64,000 bases of DNA from contig OZ037769.1 of NCBI GenBank assembly GCA_964035545.1, positions 2,480,001-2,544,000 on the forward strand. Direction: 5' to 3'. Below, piece after piece: positions 42,944 through 55,299 of the stretch. The position numbers were made by a program, and so were the translations under genes. This DNA comes from Bugula neritina (lineage: Eukaryota > Animalia > Bryozoa). Under the pieces are notes generated by a model. That model made no database searches. It was not told where the DNA came from and saw nothing but the letters and a program-made list of their open reading frames with translations. Every line of letters starts with the position of its first letter. The first letter of the stretch is position 1.

Positions 42944-45889
42944 GTCTAGTTATAAGCTTAACTTAACTTAGCCTAACTTAGCTTTGTGTTTAGTGAATTA
43001 CAATATGAATATGACCCTTGGACTAAGCGCCAGTATGAGTATCAGTATGAGTATGGCCTTTGAGTTTGACTTTTGAGTTTGAGAATCAGAATGAGACGGA
43101 ATTTCAGTTTGACTTTGAGTATCACTATCAGTATGACGTATCAGTATGCATTTTGATTTTCATTTTGCTATTTTTTAAGTCGAAGTTTTACATTTATTTT
43201 CATCTTTACATTGATCTTGATTTATACTAATGCTTATGCCCGTAACACTAACAGGTGACTTTAACTTAGTCTTACGTTATGGTTATGCCAAGCCTAAATT
43301 TAAACTCTAAATTTATGTGCATGAAAATTACTATGATCATCATATTCATGATGATGATGATGGTGTTAATTGTTATCATAATCATTGTCATTAAGTTTAT
43401 GATCAGCCCAATCGTTAATGACTAATGAGAATTGGCTTTGGTGTTAATATTAACGGTTTTTATACGCCTAGCCCTGTGAGTGTGACTGTCAATGTGAGAT
43501 TAAGTATTGGTGCTACGCCTACCGCGCAAGTTTTCTATCTGCCAGATTTAGCGTCACGGTTACACTGACACTCACTATGAGTGTAGCTGTAAGACCAAGT
43601 GTCAGTGTGTGTCACTGTTGGCAACACCTGTAATAATATTATTAGTAATACTAATGCCAATAGTCACATAATGAAATTCATACTGATACATGGAATCAAA
43701 TTGAAATAGTCATACTGATTGATACTCATACTAACTTAAAATCTAAGACTAATGTCTTCGACTTGGTCTAACCACTCGAGCTGATTATTATAGAATAATT
43801 CATAAGAATTATTGTACTATATATATTAATTATTTATTTCCACATCATGTCATATAAGTATAAGTATATGCCTTATGAGTATTATAGTATTAGTATTAAA
43901 TTTACTTTAATATAAAATTGAATGATAAATATATTAATTATCAACATGGATAGCAATATTTAATTTTATATATTATCATTACGCTCAAAATGGTAATATT
44001 AATTGTTATTACTTGCAGTTCTTTTTATAAATATTAAAATGAAGTTTACCAATAATACTAATAGTAATAGAGTAAATCAACAGCTATAAAATAATAAAAT
44101 TAAATGCAATAATTTGAATCAACATTAACTGAGAACATTAGTGATCATTGAATGGAATTAATTACCAAGTGACTTACTTAGTTTATTTTTTGTATTTATA
44201 TTAAATAGAATTATAATAAATATTTGTTTTATAATCAAAGCATTTATATGTTATAAAAAAGGGGCAAAACCTGAAGCAGCTGCTGTTCATAAATTGGGTT
44301 ATATTTTATGCATCGTTGCACAAGCAAAATAATTTTAAATAGTACTTTGTCAAATTAAATTAACTTTAAAGCAACCCACAAATCAACAACTACTTATATT
44401 TGTAATTTAATAGTAATTAATGTCATCATAATCATTTTTGTGGATGGTTTGATGTGTTTTGATACAATTATATTTTGGATAACTGTCAACTTCAGCAAAA
44501 CCAGTACACAATAGCTTTGTAATTGTATGATAACAATCTGTATAGTTATAAATTTGGGAAAGGGTATAGCTTCTAAGCTTTCTATTTCAACTTTTGCTGT
44601 TTTTATAGGCAGTCATCACTTGTGTACAGGCTTTCAACCTATATTTTATATGTAGCCTAGAACCACGGCTAAAAATTCCCAGGAAAGTTTTTTTTAAGTA
44701 TTTGTAGTCATTGCTATTATAGGTGCAACAAATTAAGCAATTTCATTTGAGTAGCACAATAAGCTTTGTAAAGCCAATGATTTAAACTAGCTAACATTGG
44801 GCTGTCACTAAACACATTTTTCGCAGCCAGAAATTTTTAAATTTAGCAACTGGTGAAATGAATAAATAGCAGTATAGCACAAATTCCTGATAATTAAATT
44901 CAATTCAGCAAAGAAATAGTCAAAAACAGTTATACCTTGTGGTGAAATTGAGTTGACAAACTATCTTACCCCATCTCAAAATAGAATACTTTTCATTTGC
45001 ACTGCAGTGGTGTTATACTGTTGTGTAAATGTGATGCTTCACATTTTATATTTGCAATTAGTTTAACTTGAAAAGCGTATTATTTTCAAGTTCGAAACAA
45101 ATGCTTATATTTGGGTACTCTTAGTTTTCTCAAAAATATATTCTTTATGTATGCCAAATAGAAAGTTCACCAGTATCAACTTTAGCTCAATTTTGCTCCT
45201 ATTTACCCCCCCCCCCCCCACCCAAATAGCCTACAGGCGGAAGCTTGCAAATTGCAATATTTGAAAAGCTAGAGATATACTAAATATACCCGGCCTAAAC
45301 TTCGTGCACCAGCAAAACAAGTTTCATGTTATATGATGGAAAATAAAGAACTTCATAGCACTTTAAGGGTATCTCTTGAGAATCTATTTTCTTTGTCAAG
45401 TATATTTTTACAATCTTCGAAATACCATTTTGGTTAGAACCATTAAATCTTCAACTCTTTTTAAATACAAAAATTTTAGAGCTTGTTCAAAGTAATATTT
45501 ATTATTATTAGTTTAAGCTTAGCCCTAGTCATGAGGGCCTTTATAAATTGTTCTGGTCTCTATTTTTTGATTGCCATACTTTTTTAATTTTCAATATACA
45601 CTTGTTGGAATTAGGCTGAATTTAATACTTTGCTATTAGGCAATCAATGATAATAATAATCTAAAATTGATCAATAACAATGATTATAAGACACTGCGCC
45701 GCAATAGGTCACAGTACTCTACACATAATCTCAAAGTTGATTATTAGGCTGGTGAAATATATACTTTATTTAATTGTAGCATCTGTTCTGAAGAAAATGC
45801 TCAAGGCAAGACATGTTATGCAATGATTAAGGGGCATACTCTCCTCACTAGCGTTCTGGAATCTTCTAGGTTTACGTCAAGTCGCAGGA

Positions 45890-45938
45890 ATGTCCGATAC
45901 ACAGAAAAGTCCCGGTTTACAAGGACTGGCTGAACCTG
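45890..45938 (+). CDS. HDAC4: Class IIa HDAC, candidate N-terminal coding exon
   Basis: MSDTQKSPGLQGLAEP then G|GTGAGA donor (phase 1), in frame with the exons at 51976 and 52400. Possible acceptors at 45779, 45851 and 45869. No homology recognised; frame compatibility only. Confidence 0.5.
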
Positions 45939-46015
45939 GTGAGATAGTGTCTCTAAAACATGTAGCAAACACCTATTTGGAACCAGTAGTTCCAAATCAG
46001 TGTGTGAGTTGCCAA

Positions 46016-46256
46016 TACCTTTGTGTGTTGATGTAGTATTGTCATCATGTCCAGCAATTCATTTGATGTAGTGGCTCCCGTTTTCTTTCGTACTGAGAAA
46101 TTTGTTGCTTACATCTTGTATTGTTCCTTGCTACTACCTTTGTAGTGTTGATGTAGTATTGTCATCATGTCCAGCAATTCATTTGATGTAGTGGCTCCCG
46201 TTTTCTTTCGTACTGAGAAATTTGTTGCTTACATCTTGTATTGTTCCTTGCTACTA
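46016..46256. repeat. 120-bp near-perfect tandem duplication
   Basis: 46025-46136 is repeated at 46145-46256. Confidence 0.96.
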
Positions 46257-47021
46257 TTGCTCACTTACACTGTATCCTTTTTATGTAAATACTATGTACA
46301 CAAATGCTACATAGTGCATAATTGTAGCTGACAGTTGAAAGAAACTGAAAACTTTGTTTTATTACATCAGGTGTTGTAATCTTAGAATGCTTAGTCAGGC
46401 CAAGTGTATTCCAAGTTAGTGTAAGATCTGAAGTCAAACGCTATGGGGAAGGGATGAGAGGAATGAAGTAGGCGGCTCTATGTGAATTTTCTCACACAAA
46501 TTAGAGGCTGAGATAATGAAAAATCCCATATTTATACTTTTGCAACACCCACAATTACAATAGCATAGATTGCTACATCCGTACATCTACATATTGCATT
46601 GCTCCTCTAGCAGTTTCCCCACCCCTCCCCCCACCATCACACCTACACTTTCAGCTAATATCCAATACACTGAGTATATTTATAGGCTGAATAATGTCAC
46701 GGATCAATGGTAGCTTATAATAGTATCATGCCAGACATCAGGATCATATAAATTGTATATTAATTAGGGATATCCATCCTTTGTGCATAGTCTTGGTTTT
46801 AATAAGGTAAACTCTAGTACTTCTGTAGTTAAAACTCCATCTGCCTGCAGCACTCAAAATCAGTTTGTATTACGTATTGGTATATAGCAATTATTACCAG
46901 CTCATTTAGCCCAAGTAAACCAATTTACCATCAATAAATAACTAATGAAATTGCTATATCTGTTCAATTACCTGTTTGCAAGCTTTGGCATTCGTCTTGC
47001 ACTTTCGGCCAGGGTCTTTTC

Positions 47022-47265
47022 AACCAGGTCACGCATGTCACGGTTTATTGATTAGAGCTATAAATAGACACTGTTAGATAGAAGTATTTGTTCTACTGCA
47101 CGCAATGCTAACAGTTTTGCAATAATCTCACTTGTGTTACGCAGTACACTACTCTAACGGCTTGCCTTTGTTTTCACTTTAGTCGTTATCTTGTGCGAAG
47201 CCTGAAAACTGTCCTTTTGTAACAAACCAAGTTTCAACAAAATTCGGCGAATTTGCCTAGTATGT
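47022..47265 (+). promoter_or_regulatory. Candidate alternative HDAC promoter/first exon
   Basis: CAGGTCACG at 47025-47033, overlapping MEF2/TATA CTATAAATAG at 47058-47067, CpG-containing downstream segment, possible donor GTATGT at 47260. Confidence 0.4.
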
Positions 47266-50200
47266 GATGGAGGAAACAGTTCATTGCAAACTCAGTTCTC
47301 TGTTACCGTCCCTTACTAGTATTTTACTCAGTATCACTCACTTAGAAATACTATAGTCATAGTCCTTTGAAAGCACTCAGTCTCACTCACTTTGGACGCA
47401 CTCAGTCTCACTCACTTAGAGACACTGTATTCTTAGTCCCTTGGAAACACTCATAACTACTAGTCCCTCTAATAGTCTACTATTTGTTATAGAAAACACT
47501 AAGAGAATTTTTTATAGCTGCCAGTGAAATAACCATTCTATAGGTGAATTATTTACTCTCGCCCTTATGCACTCCGGTGCACCACCAAACTTTTATATTG
47601 ACTTAATTCTTGCTTTGGGCTCATCATAGTTACCTTTAGGAACATCGAATTACGTTTTCCATGAAACTTTTGGATTATTGCCATTTCTAATGTTTAGCAC
47701 TACTGAAATTTTCAGGTGATTTTCAGTTGCAGTAGGAGTAAATTGAGAAATGCCTACTCTTCTAAGTTGTTGTATTTTGCTTTCAAACTAACAGACATGA
47801 TCTGATTCTTTCACTTGTGCTTTCAATTAACTAGGAATTCATTCACTGGGCTTGATTTTATAAGAGGTTTTTCATAGCTTTTAGCAGGCCAAATTTTTTC
47901 CACTTGTTTTTATTGGACTCTAGTGCCTTGCCCAGGTATATAGGTTGTGAACTCAACTTCTCCAGGTGAGCTGGCAGGTAGATTTCTATCAGTTGTTAGT
48001 TTTGTAATAGATTTCTACTAGTAGTTACTATAGTTTACATTACTGGTATGCAGCTCCCCAAATTTAAACAATAAGTTCAATTGATTTGGCTATCAACTGG
48101 TGTGAATTCATCATTAAACTTGTATTAGAGATATACTACTAGTTGGCCTCCATACTGGCCTATTAGTTGACCTGCTGGAGGTCAACTTCAGATTGTCTGA
48201 TTTACTGTTTGTTTAACTCTTTGCCAGTTTTTTCTCACCAATCTCCTGTTTGTCCTGCTACTCCAAACTAAAGACCTCTACCATCTACCTTTTCTTGTAA
48301 TAATCTCTCTGGTGTTGGATGCTAGTAGCTGTGTTGTATTGTGGAGTTTATTCAGTCATTTCTAGGTTACATAAGCGTTGCCATCCTTGGGGACTCTCTA
48401 TATTTAGATATTAGAATCTTATTTGGTTATTAATTCAAGAAAAAATGATACTCCTAGTAACTACCTGCCTACCTGAAAAATATTGACAGGTGAGAAATGC
48501 AGTTCAGTCTTAGTATGATATTGGCAGGTCTCTACAGAACTGATGCTTTTCTATTTTGACTCCTGGACAATTGTGTTTTAGAGTTGTCTGTCCGCCATTA
48601 ACAATAGTTTGGAGTTATCGTTACAAACACTCCTACTAAGCTAGTTTACGATGTGTGTTGATAATTAAAGTCATCTGGTTTTGATAACAGTCTGTTGCCT
48701 TGATAGAATTGATATTACTTGTTACCATAGAGTTACCCCACACATCACAGCTTTGTTATGCATAAATTTCTACAAGCAGGTTGGACTTGATGAAAAATGC
48801 AGTTAGTTATGTGCCTAGTAAGATATTAGATATATATGGTTATACTGCATTGCAACACAATGTAAATAGTAAATTAAAACCCTGTTTTTATATTGCTCGC
48901 ATGTCCTTTTTATGTAGCTTATGTTAGAAAAATGTCAGTTAAAATAAATTGCTATATTTGTTTTTTATATGAAATTGTAAATATAAAACATGTAATTTGT
49001 TGTTGTGTCTGTTTGTGTTGAATGGTACAGAGATTAAATGTGACACAACGCTCTACTATGACCATTTCCTGTTGATACACAAACCACTGCCTAGATCTGT
49101 GGCAGGATTTGGTAATTTGTTGGTGCAAAATTGGTATTTCCATCAAAACCTATCCATTCATGTCATGTCATTAACAGTGATTTAATTTTATACATTATGA
49201 AGCCGAAACTTGCCATTTAATCTGGCAAGGCTTATATAAATTATGATAATGAAAAACTTTGTCACCCACTGTTAGTTGCAAGACACAGTACTAGAGGAGT
49301 TGTTGAGGTATTGTTGTGTTATGAATTAATGCTGGCTCTAATGGAGCTTGCGTCACTCCTTATATCAACCTTGCCTTGTCAACTCGATATGCGCCCATTT
49401 AAATCTACTGTAAAGAAAAAAATTTCGCTACTCTAGTCATCAACTTTCGTGTACAAATTTAAGCAAAAATTTTCAAATTATGCTTTATTGTTTACATTAT
49501 TTGAAAGATTCCATTGCTCCATAGATTCATATTATCTATCAATAATTAGCCATACGTTATTTGAATTATATTTTAGATGTTTGTTTTTTTCAATAGCTTG
49601 TTCGAACTAAATAAACTTATATAAAATATTGATAATGTATTTAAATATTTCTGAAATCATTTTGTAGATAAATTTTTTATTTATAAATGTTACATTTACT
49701 TTCAAGAAAATTAATTGTTATAGTTGCGCACCGTTCTTTACCTAATAAAGTACGCACTAATGCGGCACTTATTAGCGGCGTTACGGTACATAGCGTAAAT
49801 GCCCATTCAAAGTATACAATACTCCAATTACGTTTCAAGGGCGGCTCATTACGCGCAAGGATTCCTACTAGATTAGTTGCATCTGTAGCGAGCCTTGGAC
49901 ATTTCTTAGTAGAACATCTCTGGTTGAGACTAGTGATTACTTAGTAGTGCCTCTACCTATGTTGTTTTAAGGTAAATACTAACGCTTGTTTTGGCTCACA
50001 CTGGTAGCTAGTAACAACCCACTTGTTTGAGTATAGTAAGTCATTTACTAGCTTGTTTACTACAGGTATGTGGTCTCACTATCAAATTGTTTACTATTTC
50101 TAATGTAGGTATTGAACTTAATTTTATCATCACCAGCTAGAATTTAGAGACTTTGCTGGTTTTTTGTTATTTTCATTTCATTACGTTTAGCAAGTCTAAA

Positions 50201-51975
50201 GAAATGATAATGTAACTAAACTTTTTGTAAAGCACCGTGAAATGTTATCAACTGTCTACCAAATGGCTCTTCTGTTGAATATATTTCAACGCCTCAACTT
50301 TTTCTCTTAGAATTAGTTGACGACACTCTGCTAGACTGTCAGTTCTTTCTATGCCAGGGCTAGAACTTCCTATCCTAAATAACGCAGACAGTAGTTGTAG
50401 CGAAAAAGCTTTGAACTAGGCTCTTTAGTCATCATAAATTTAATTAAATCAGTGGCTTTAACTGCTTGTTTCTTCAAGTTACACTTTCTGCAAATCATAC
50501 TTGCTTTACATTTTGTATAGATTAGTCGGCAGTTTTGCCAAAAATATGGCTGTAATTTGACTTTTCTGTTTAGGATCAAAATAGTAGAGCTCATGTGTGT
50601 TGCATTTAGATCTATCTCTTGAAGGTCATCAGAATTCCTGGCCTACCTGCAGCCTACCTGCAGCCTACCTGCCAATGTATTTATGATTAATGAGGAATGT
50701 GAGATTGGGGTAGAAAGTCAAAATTAGATGTTGAAATGATAACATTTCATGAGCTGTTAAATTCTTAGAACTCTTGAGCAGGCAGTGATACCTACAAAGG
50801 TGCTGCCGCAAACCTCTACCTACGCTTTTACTAGTGTTCAGTCAATTCAAATACTTATTTGAGTGAAATACTGTTGTATTTCACTGTTAGCAGCCCTACC
50901 ACACAGCACAGTGTACAAAGTGCTCCAAATTACGTATTAAGTGCTCCATTTCAGTCAAGGCCAAGTTTAATATTGCACCAGAGGCTTTAATTAGTTCTTC
51001 TCTTTGGTAGCAGTTCACATAATTCAATAAATTAAGAGCTGAGTTAGATGATTTCTTGAATTTTCTGCCTAGCGTCTACCTTGAGCCCCTGCCTCTGGCC
51101 TCCACTAATCTAATATGCTGGTTTCTCATTGATTATGACGTGAGGGCCATTTACGTTAACATCCTTATGTAATCCCACATTTGTCAAATTTGGTGATCTA
51201 CTATGTGGGGGCTCTTCAAAGTATGTACGTACAGGGAGGTTTAATCCCTAAACATTAGGATTACCGTTTCTCGACTAAGTCATGCATAGTTGTAGTGCAG
51301 CTCTGTCACGGGCTGGCTGTCAGCTGTGTGTAATCTTTTTTTAGAAAGATATCCCCAGTCAGCATGGCTTAAGTTAGTTTGCAACTGCATATAGTTATGA
51401 CGTCAATTACAATGGCATTGGGTGTATTTGTGGTTAGCATAATATTATGGTAAGACACTATGATAAATATTATACAGTTACTCTGTAATAAGTCGGTCAT
51501 TATCCTTCACTATTCATCTTGCAGATTTCACCTGCACATGTCATCATTATCCTTCTCCAATCTGCAGATTTCACCTGTACACATATTCAACTTCTTTTTA
51601 CCATAGCCACCTAGTATGTCTCCCAGCTCCATCTTTAAATTATTCCAAGTCATCAAACTACGACCAAAACAACGTTTGTTTATTGCAATAGCCAAAACTA
51701 GTTTTTCTGTGACACTGTTGCATCTAAATACAACGGTAAGGAGTTGTATCATTATGTTGGGTGTTTTCTATCCAGCCTTATGGAAGAATAAATGGTGTGG
51801 CCAATTATCCAACCTTCTGTGAAATATTTTATTACTTCTTCACATTTTTGGTGCAAATCGATGCCAATTTTTAGTATGTTTTGCAATTGATGTAGCTCTC
51901 AAATGAGACATGGCTAATCCCTGGTTGACTGGTGTGTTTAATGTTGCCTCTTGAGGACTAATATGTTATTGTCAG

Positions 51976-52011
51976 GTAGTGAAGCAACAGGTGATTCCTC
52001 TGATATGTTTC
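51976..52011 (+). CDS. HDAC4: Class IIa HDAC, candidate 36-nt microexon
   Basis: Branch-like ACTAAT, acceptor TTATTGTCAG, donor C|GTAAGT. Phase 1-1 and stop-free: (G)SEATGDSSDMF(Q). Confidence 0.55.
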
Positions 52012-52399
52012 GTAAGTCTTCTTAGACAAAGTTGACTGAACAAGCAGAGAGAAATAAAACTTTGAGTGATTCAGGAGGTGGTAGCTCAGCCATGCTGTAA
52101 CATTTCAATAGAAAGTTGTGCCAGGCAAATGGGTTAGATTTAAGCTGTCTGTTTTTCTCTCCCCGTGGTATTTAGTTTGGTGTTTTTTTGTTTTTAGCTG
52201 GACAATGCTAGAGATGTAAAGAGCTTTTCTAAAGCTATTCTACTTTATTTCCAGCATTTCAGATATTTTTTGAAACTGAAATTGGCTTATCCATATGCCT
52301 TTTTTTGAAAGCCAAGTTTGCTAGCTTTTTGCTATCCGTGTTTTCTTGATTATTGTTAGGGTAGAAGTGGTATACATTCATCTCTTGCTTACTTTGCAG

Positions 52400-52522
52400 A
52401 AACTCTCACTTCTCCCGAGACTACTCTAGTGGCAGACGTTGCGAGGGCCAACATGGAGGTGAACGCTACTTCTACGAGAGTTCACGACCTCACGTCTGCT
52501 CTCAGAACCTCTGCTGAGAAAG
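52400..52522 (+). CDS. HDAC4: Class IIa HDAC exon
   Basis: Acceptor CTTACTTTGCAG; TLTSPETTLVADVARANMEVNATSTRVHDLTSALRTSAEK; donor AG|GTGGGT; phase 1-1. Internal ATG at 52453. Confidence 0.75.
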
Positions 52523-52598
52523 GTGGGTGTGCAGGTAGAAAGGTGGGTGTGCAGGTAGAATGTTGGTGTGCAGGTAGAATGTTGGCGTGCAGGTAGAA
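52517..52598. repeat. 20/19-bp tandem repeat overlapping a splice donor
   Basis: AGAAAGGTGGGTGTGCAGGT x2 followed by two 19-bp variants. Confidence 0.92.
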
Positions 52599-53090
52599 GG
52601 ATATAAGTAGATTGAGATAATTCACGGAATTTATCTCTGCATATTCATCAAGTACTAATTTATGTAGCAGTCAGTTATTGTCATGGTGTTTTTTATGTTG
52701 TAAATTACGTAGACTACAAAGCACTGCGTAGTCTTTTAAACTGGTATTTTTTCAACCACACCTTAAATAAGAATGTTAGTTAAAATATACTGCATCGGGA
52801 TATATGTTCAAAATATGTAAATTATAATTGCAAAGTCAACTGTCGTAATGAACTGTGCAGGGTGAAGCTTGCATTGAACCACATCTTTCTTCTTATTTTT
52901 GACCAACATGGAAGTCGATGATCCTGTATTTTTATTATGTGTAATTACTGCATGCAGTCGAAACATTCTGGAAAACTGTGGAATGACTTTCAAAGCTAGC
53001 AACGTGTGTGTTTTTAGATCTAATGAGGTGTTTTTTTTAATTTAAAAACCCCTAGCTCGGTGTCTCTCAGCACATGTCTGGTTGTTGTAG

Positions 53091-53293
53091 CAGGGGATGG
53101 CAAGATGTTTGTTAACCCGTATTTCCCTCAGACGATGATGTCAGCCATGTCGCTACCGTTTGTCAACCAAGATATCATGAGTCAGCAGCACCTGCTGACT
53201 CAAATGCAGATGCTGTCGTTCTGTAACCAGGTTCAGCTCCTCCAGCAGCACCAACAGAAGAAGATTCTAGCTGACAGCGAGAATAGAGTACAA
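53091..53293 (+). CDS. HDAC4: Class IIa HDAC exon, glutamine-rich N-terminal domain
   Basis: TAG/CAG tandem acceptor; GDGKMFVNPYFPQ...QLLQQHQQKKILADSENRVQ; donor GTGGGT at 53294; phase 1-0. Confidence 0.85.
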
Positions 53294-53982
53294 GTGGGTC
53301 TCCTATCTCTTCCTCTCCCCCCCTTTCCCTCTTTCTTCCTCTCTCTATAGATATATATATTTATGAGTACATTATATCTTGGTATCAAAACAATATTAGT
53401 AAAATGTATAGTCTTCATTAAAACTAGTAGGAAATTGCTACTAGCATTGTTAGGAATGTTTGCTCTCAAGTAACTAGTTTGCAACATAGTAGAGCCATAG
53501 TTACTTGTTAATTTTATCATGTTTACTTTTTATGCAACTCCTGTTATACTAAGACCAAAATATACTTGTTTATCGCTTGTGTTACCATTACGTGAGTAAT
53601 TAGGAAGTGTTGCTGCAGCGTTGGACTACCATTTCAAGAGTAAATGAATGCTGCAACACACACTTGTTAGGTCACGCTGTTCTATAACTACTCCGAAAGC
53701 ATTTTGGCACCAAGAAAGGTTACTGGTGCTCCAAATATAGCAACGCACCTACCATCTGTTTTAACTGACTGTTTGAATAGTTATCTCTAAATATAGAATA
53801 TGTAATAATTTTGCTTGATTTTTGCCATATTTAGATGAAAAATTTGGCAGCTTGGTGCTTGTTTTGACATTTGATCTTTTATACATGCCACCAGAATAGC
53901 TTGGAATGCATGTTGGTGAGCTGAAATAGTTGCTGGGAGAGTAGAGCTGAGTAGTGTAGTATAGCTGCCTGCCCTGTTGTAG

Positions 53983-54082
53983 AAACTGTTTGCCGAGCAG
54001 GAAAGACTGAAAGAGATAGAGGAGCAGCGAATGGAGATTCAGAAACTGTCACTGCTTAAACAGAAACCCAAAGAACAAGAAA
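53983..54082 (+). CDS. HDAC4: Class IIa HDAC exon, coiled coil before the MEF2-binding motif
   Basis: KLFAEQERLKEIEEQRMEIQKLSLLKQKPKEQE(S), resembling HDAC4 QKLQQLKNKEKGKES; donor GTATGT; phase 0-1. Confidence 0.92.
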
Positions 54083-54311
54083 GTATGTAAACACAGTACT
54101 GTTTGGGCGCATTGTTGTCTAGGTGTGACGTTGTGTTGGCACAGTGTATTGTAGGTGTACTGCTGTTAGTGCACGGTCACGTGTGAGTTTGGTATCACCT
54201 AGCAACAAGATCACTCGTCACCATCATGGTGTAGTACTGTGCTCTCTGTACAGTGGGGTTGGTTTGTGCGAGTTTAGTATATGTTTTGGTGCGTCAACTG
54301 AGGACATCATC

Positions 54312-54412
54312 AGTTCTGCACAGATCTGCACAGATCTGCACTGTTCTGCACAGTTCTGCACTGTTCTGCACAGTTCTGCACTGTTCTGCACTGTTTTGCA
54401 CTGTTCTGCGCA
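54312..54412. repeat. 10-bp repeat (CTGTTCTGCA)n
   Basis: About 10 copies, intronic. Confidence 0.93.
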
Positions 54413-55299
54413 GTGGAAGTGGTCACAGATCACACCTTCTGCTAATTAAAGCTTCTGCTCCCAGACATGCTATGGAGTGAATCTAGTCATGGTTTGTCTG
54501 TGTATTCAGTCCCAGTGAGCACCAGTTGCCCTCCATTACCCCCTCAGCAGATACAACTAGTAGTCAAGTTCCCTGGTCCAAATACTCCTCTGTTTCTGGG
54601 TATTAGTCTGGACTTCACTAGGGATATGCTGGTGTACACGGAGTGACAGGAAGTGGCAGAAACTCTCTTCTTAATGGCTGAATATGTGACAGCAGTTGTT
54701 AAAGTCCTGCCTACACTTGTGTGCTCTGGCATATGTTGGCTTGCGAACTCAAGGTTTATTAGTTCTTGGTTAGTGAACTGTTGAGCTGGTCATCACTTCC
54801 TTCCGCCATTTTCTATAAATAGATTACCTGTGGGAACTCTTCTATACTCGTAGATTCATATTCTCTACCTTAGCTTAGTACTGCTCCGTCTTATCATTCT
54901 TATTGTTTGCAAATTGGTGTCTTTAACTTCACTATTTTCCCCTAAGAACGAAATTCACCTCATTTTCGACTACTTCCTGTGACTAAAGTTGTGTCCCCTG
55001 TGGATAATAAATGGCCCAGTAAATGGTTATTGCTATAATTTAACTAGATGTTATTACATAGAAGTTTGTAAATAAGCTGTGGTATTCTGTATTGAGCAGT
55101 GGGGTTCATATATTGGGATTCCTTTTTAATCCAAAGTACTTCATCCACCATAACCTATTATTATCCTGTGTGTATGACTCATATTATGCAATATGATATA
55201 AGGAGGACTGTATTGCTGTAAATTTTATTAAATTGACCTTGATGGTTTCTAACTACATGTGTTACTTTATAACTCATTGTATTTTCTCTGTGGCTGCTT

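Noticed and set aside
49725-49788. Possible DNA-transposon end (..GCGGCACTTATTAGCGGCGTTACGGTA)
   Set aside because: No matching opposite terminal repeat found, so no element could be delimited.
49921-49945. Partial similarity to miR-7 (AGACTAGTGATT); also miR-133-like TTTGGTCCC near 27173
   Set aside because: Only short partial matches, with no precursor hairpin seen.
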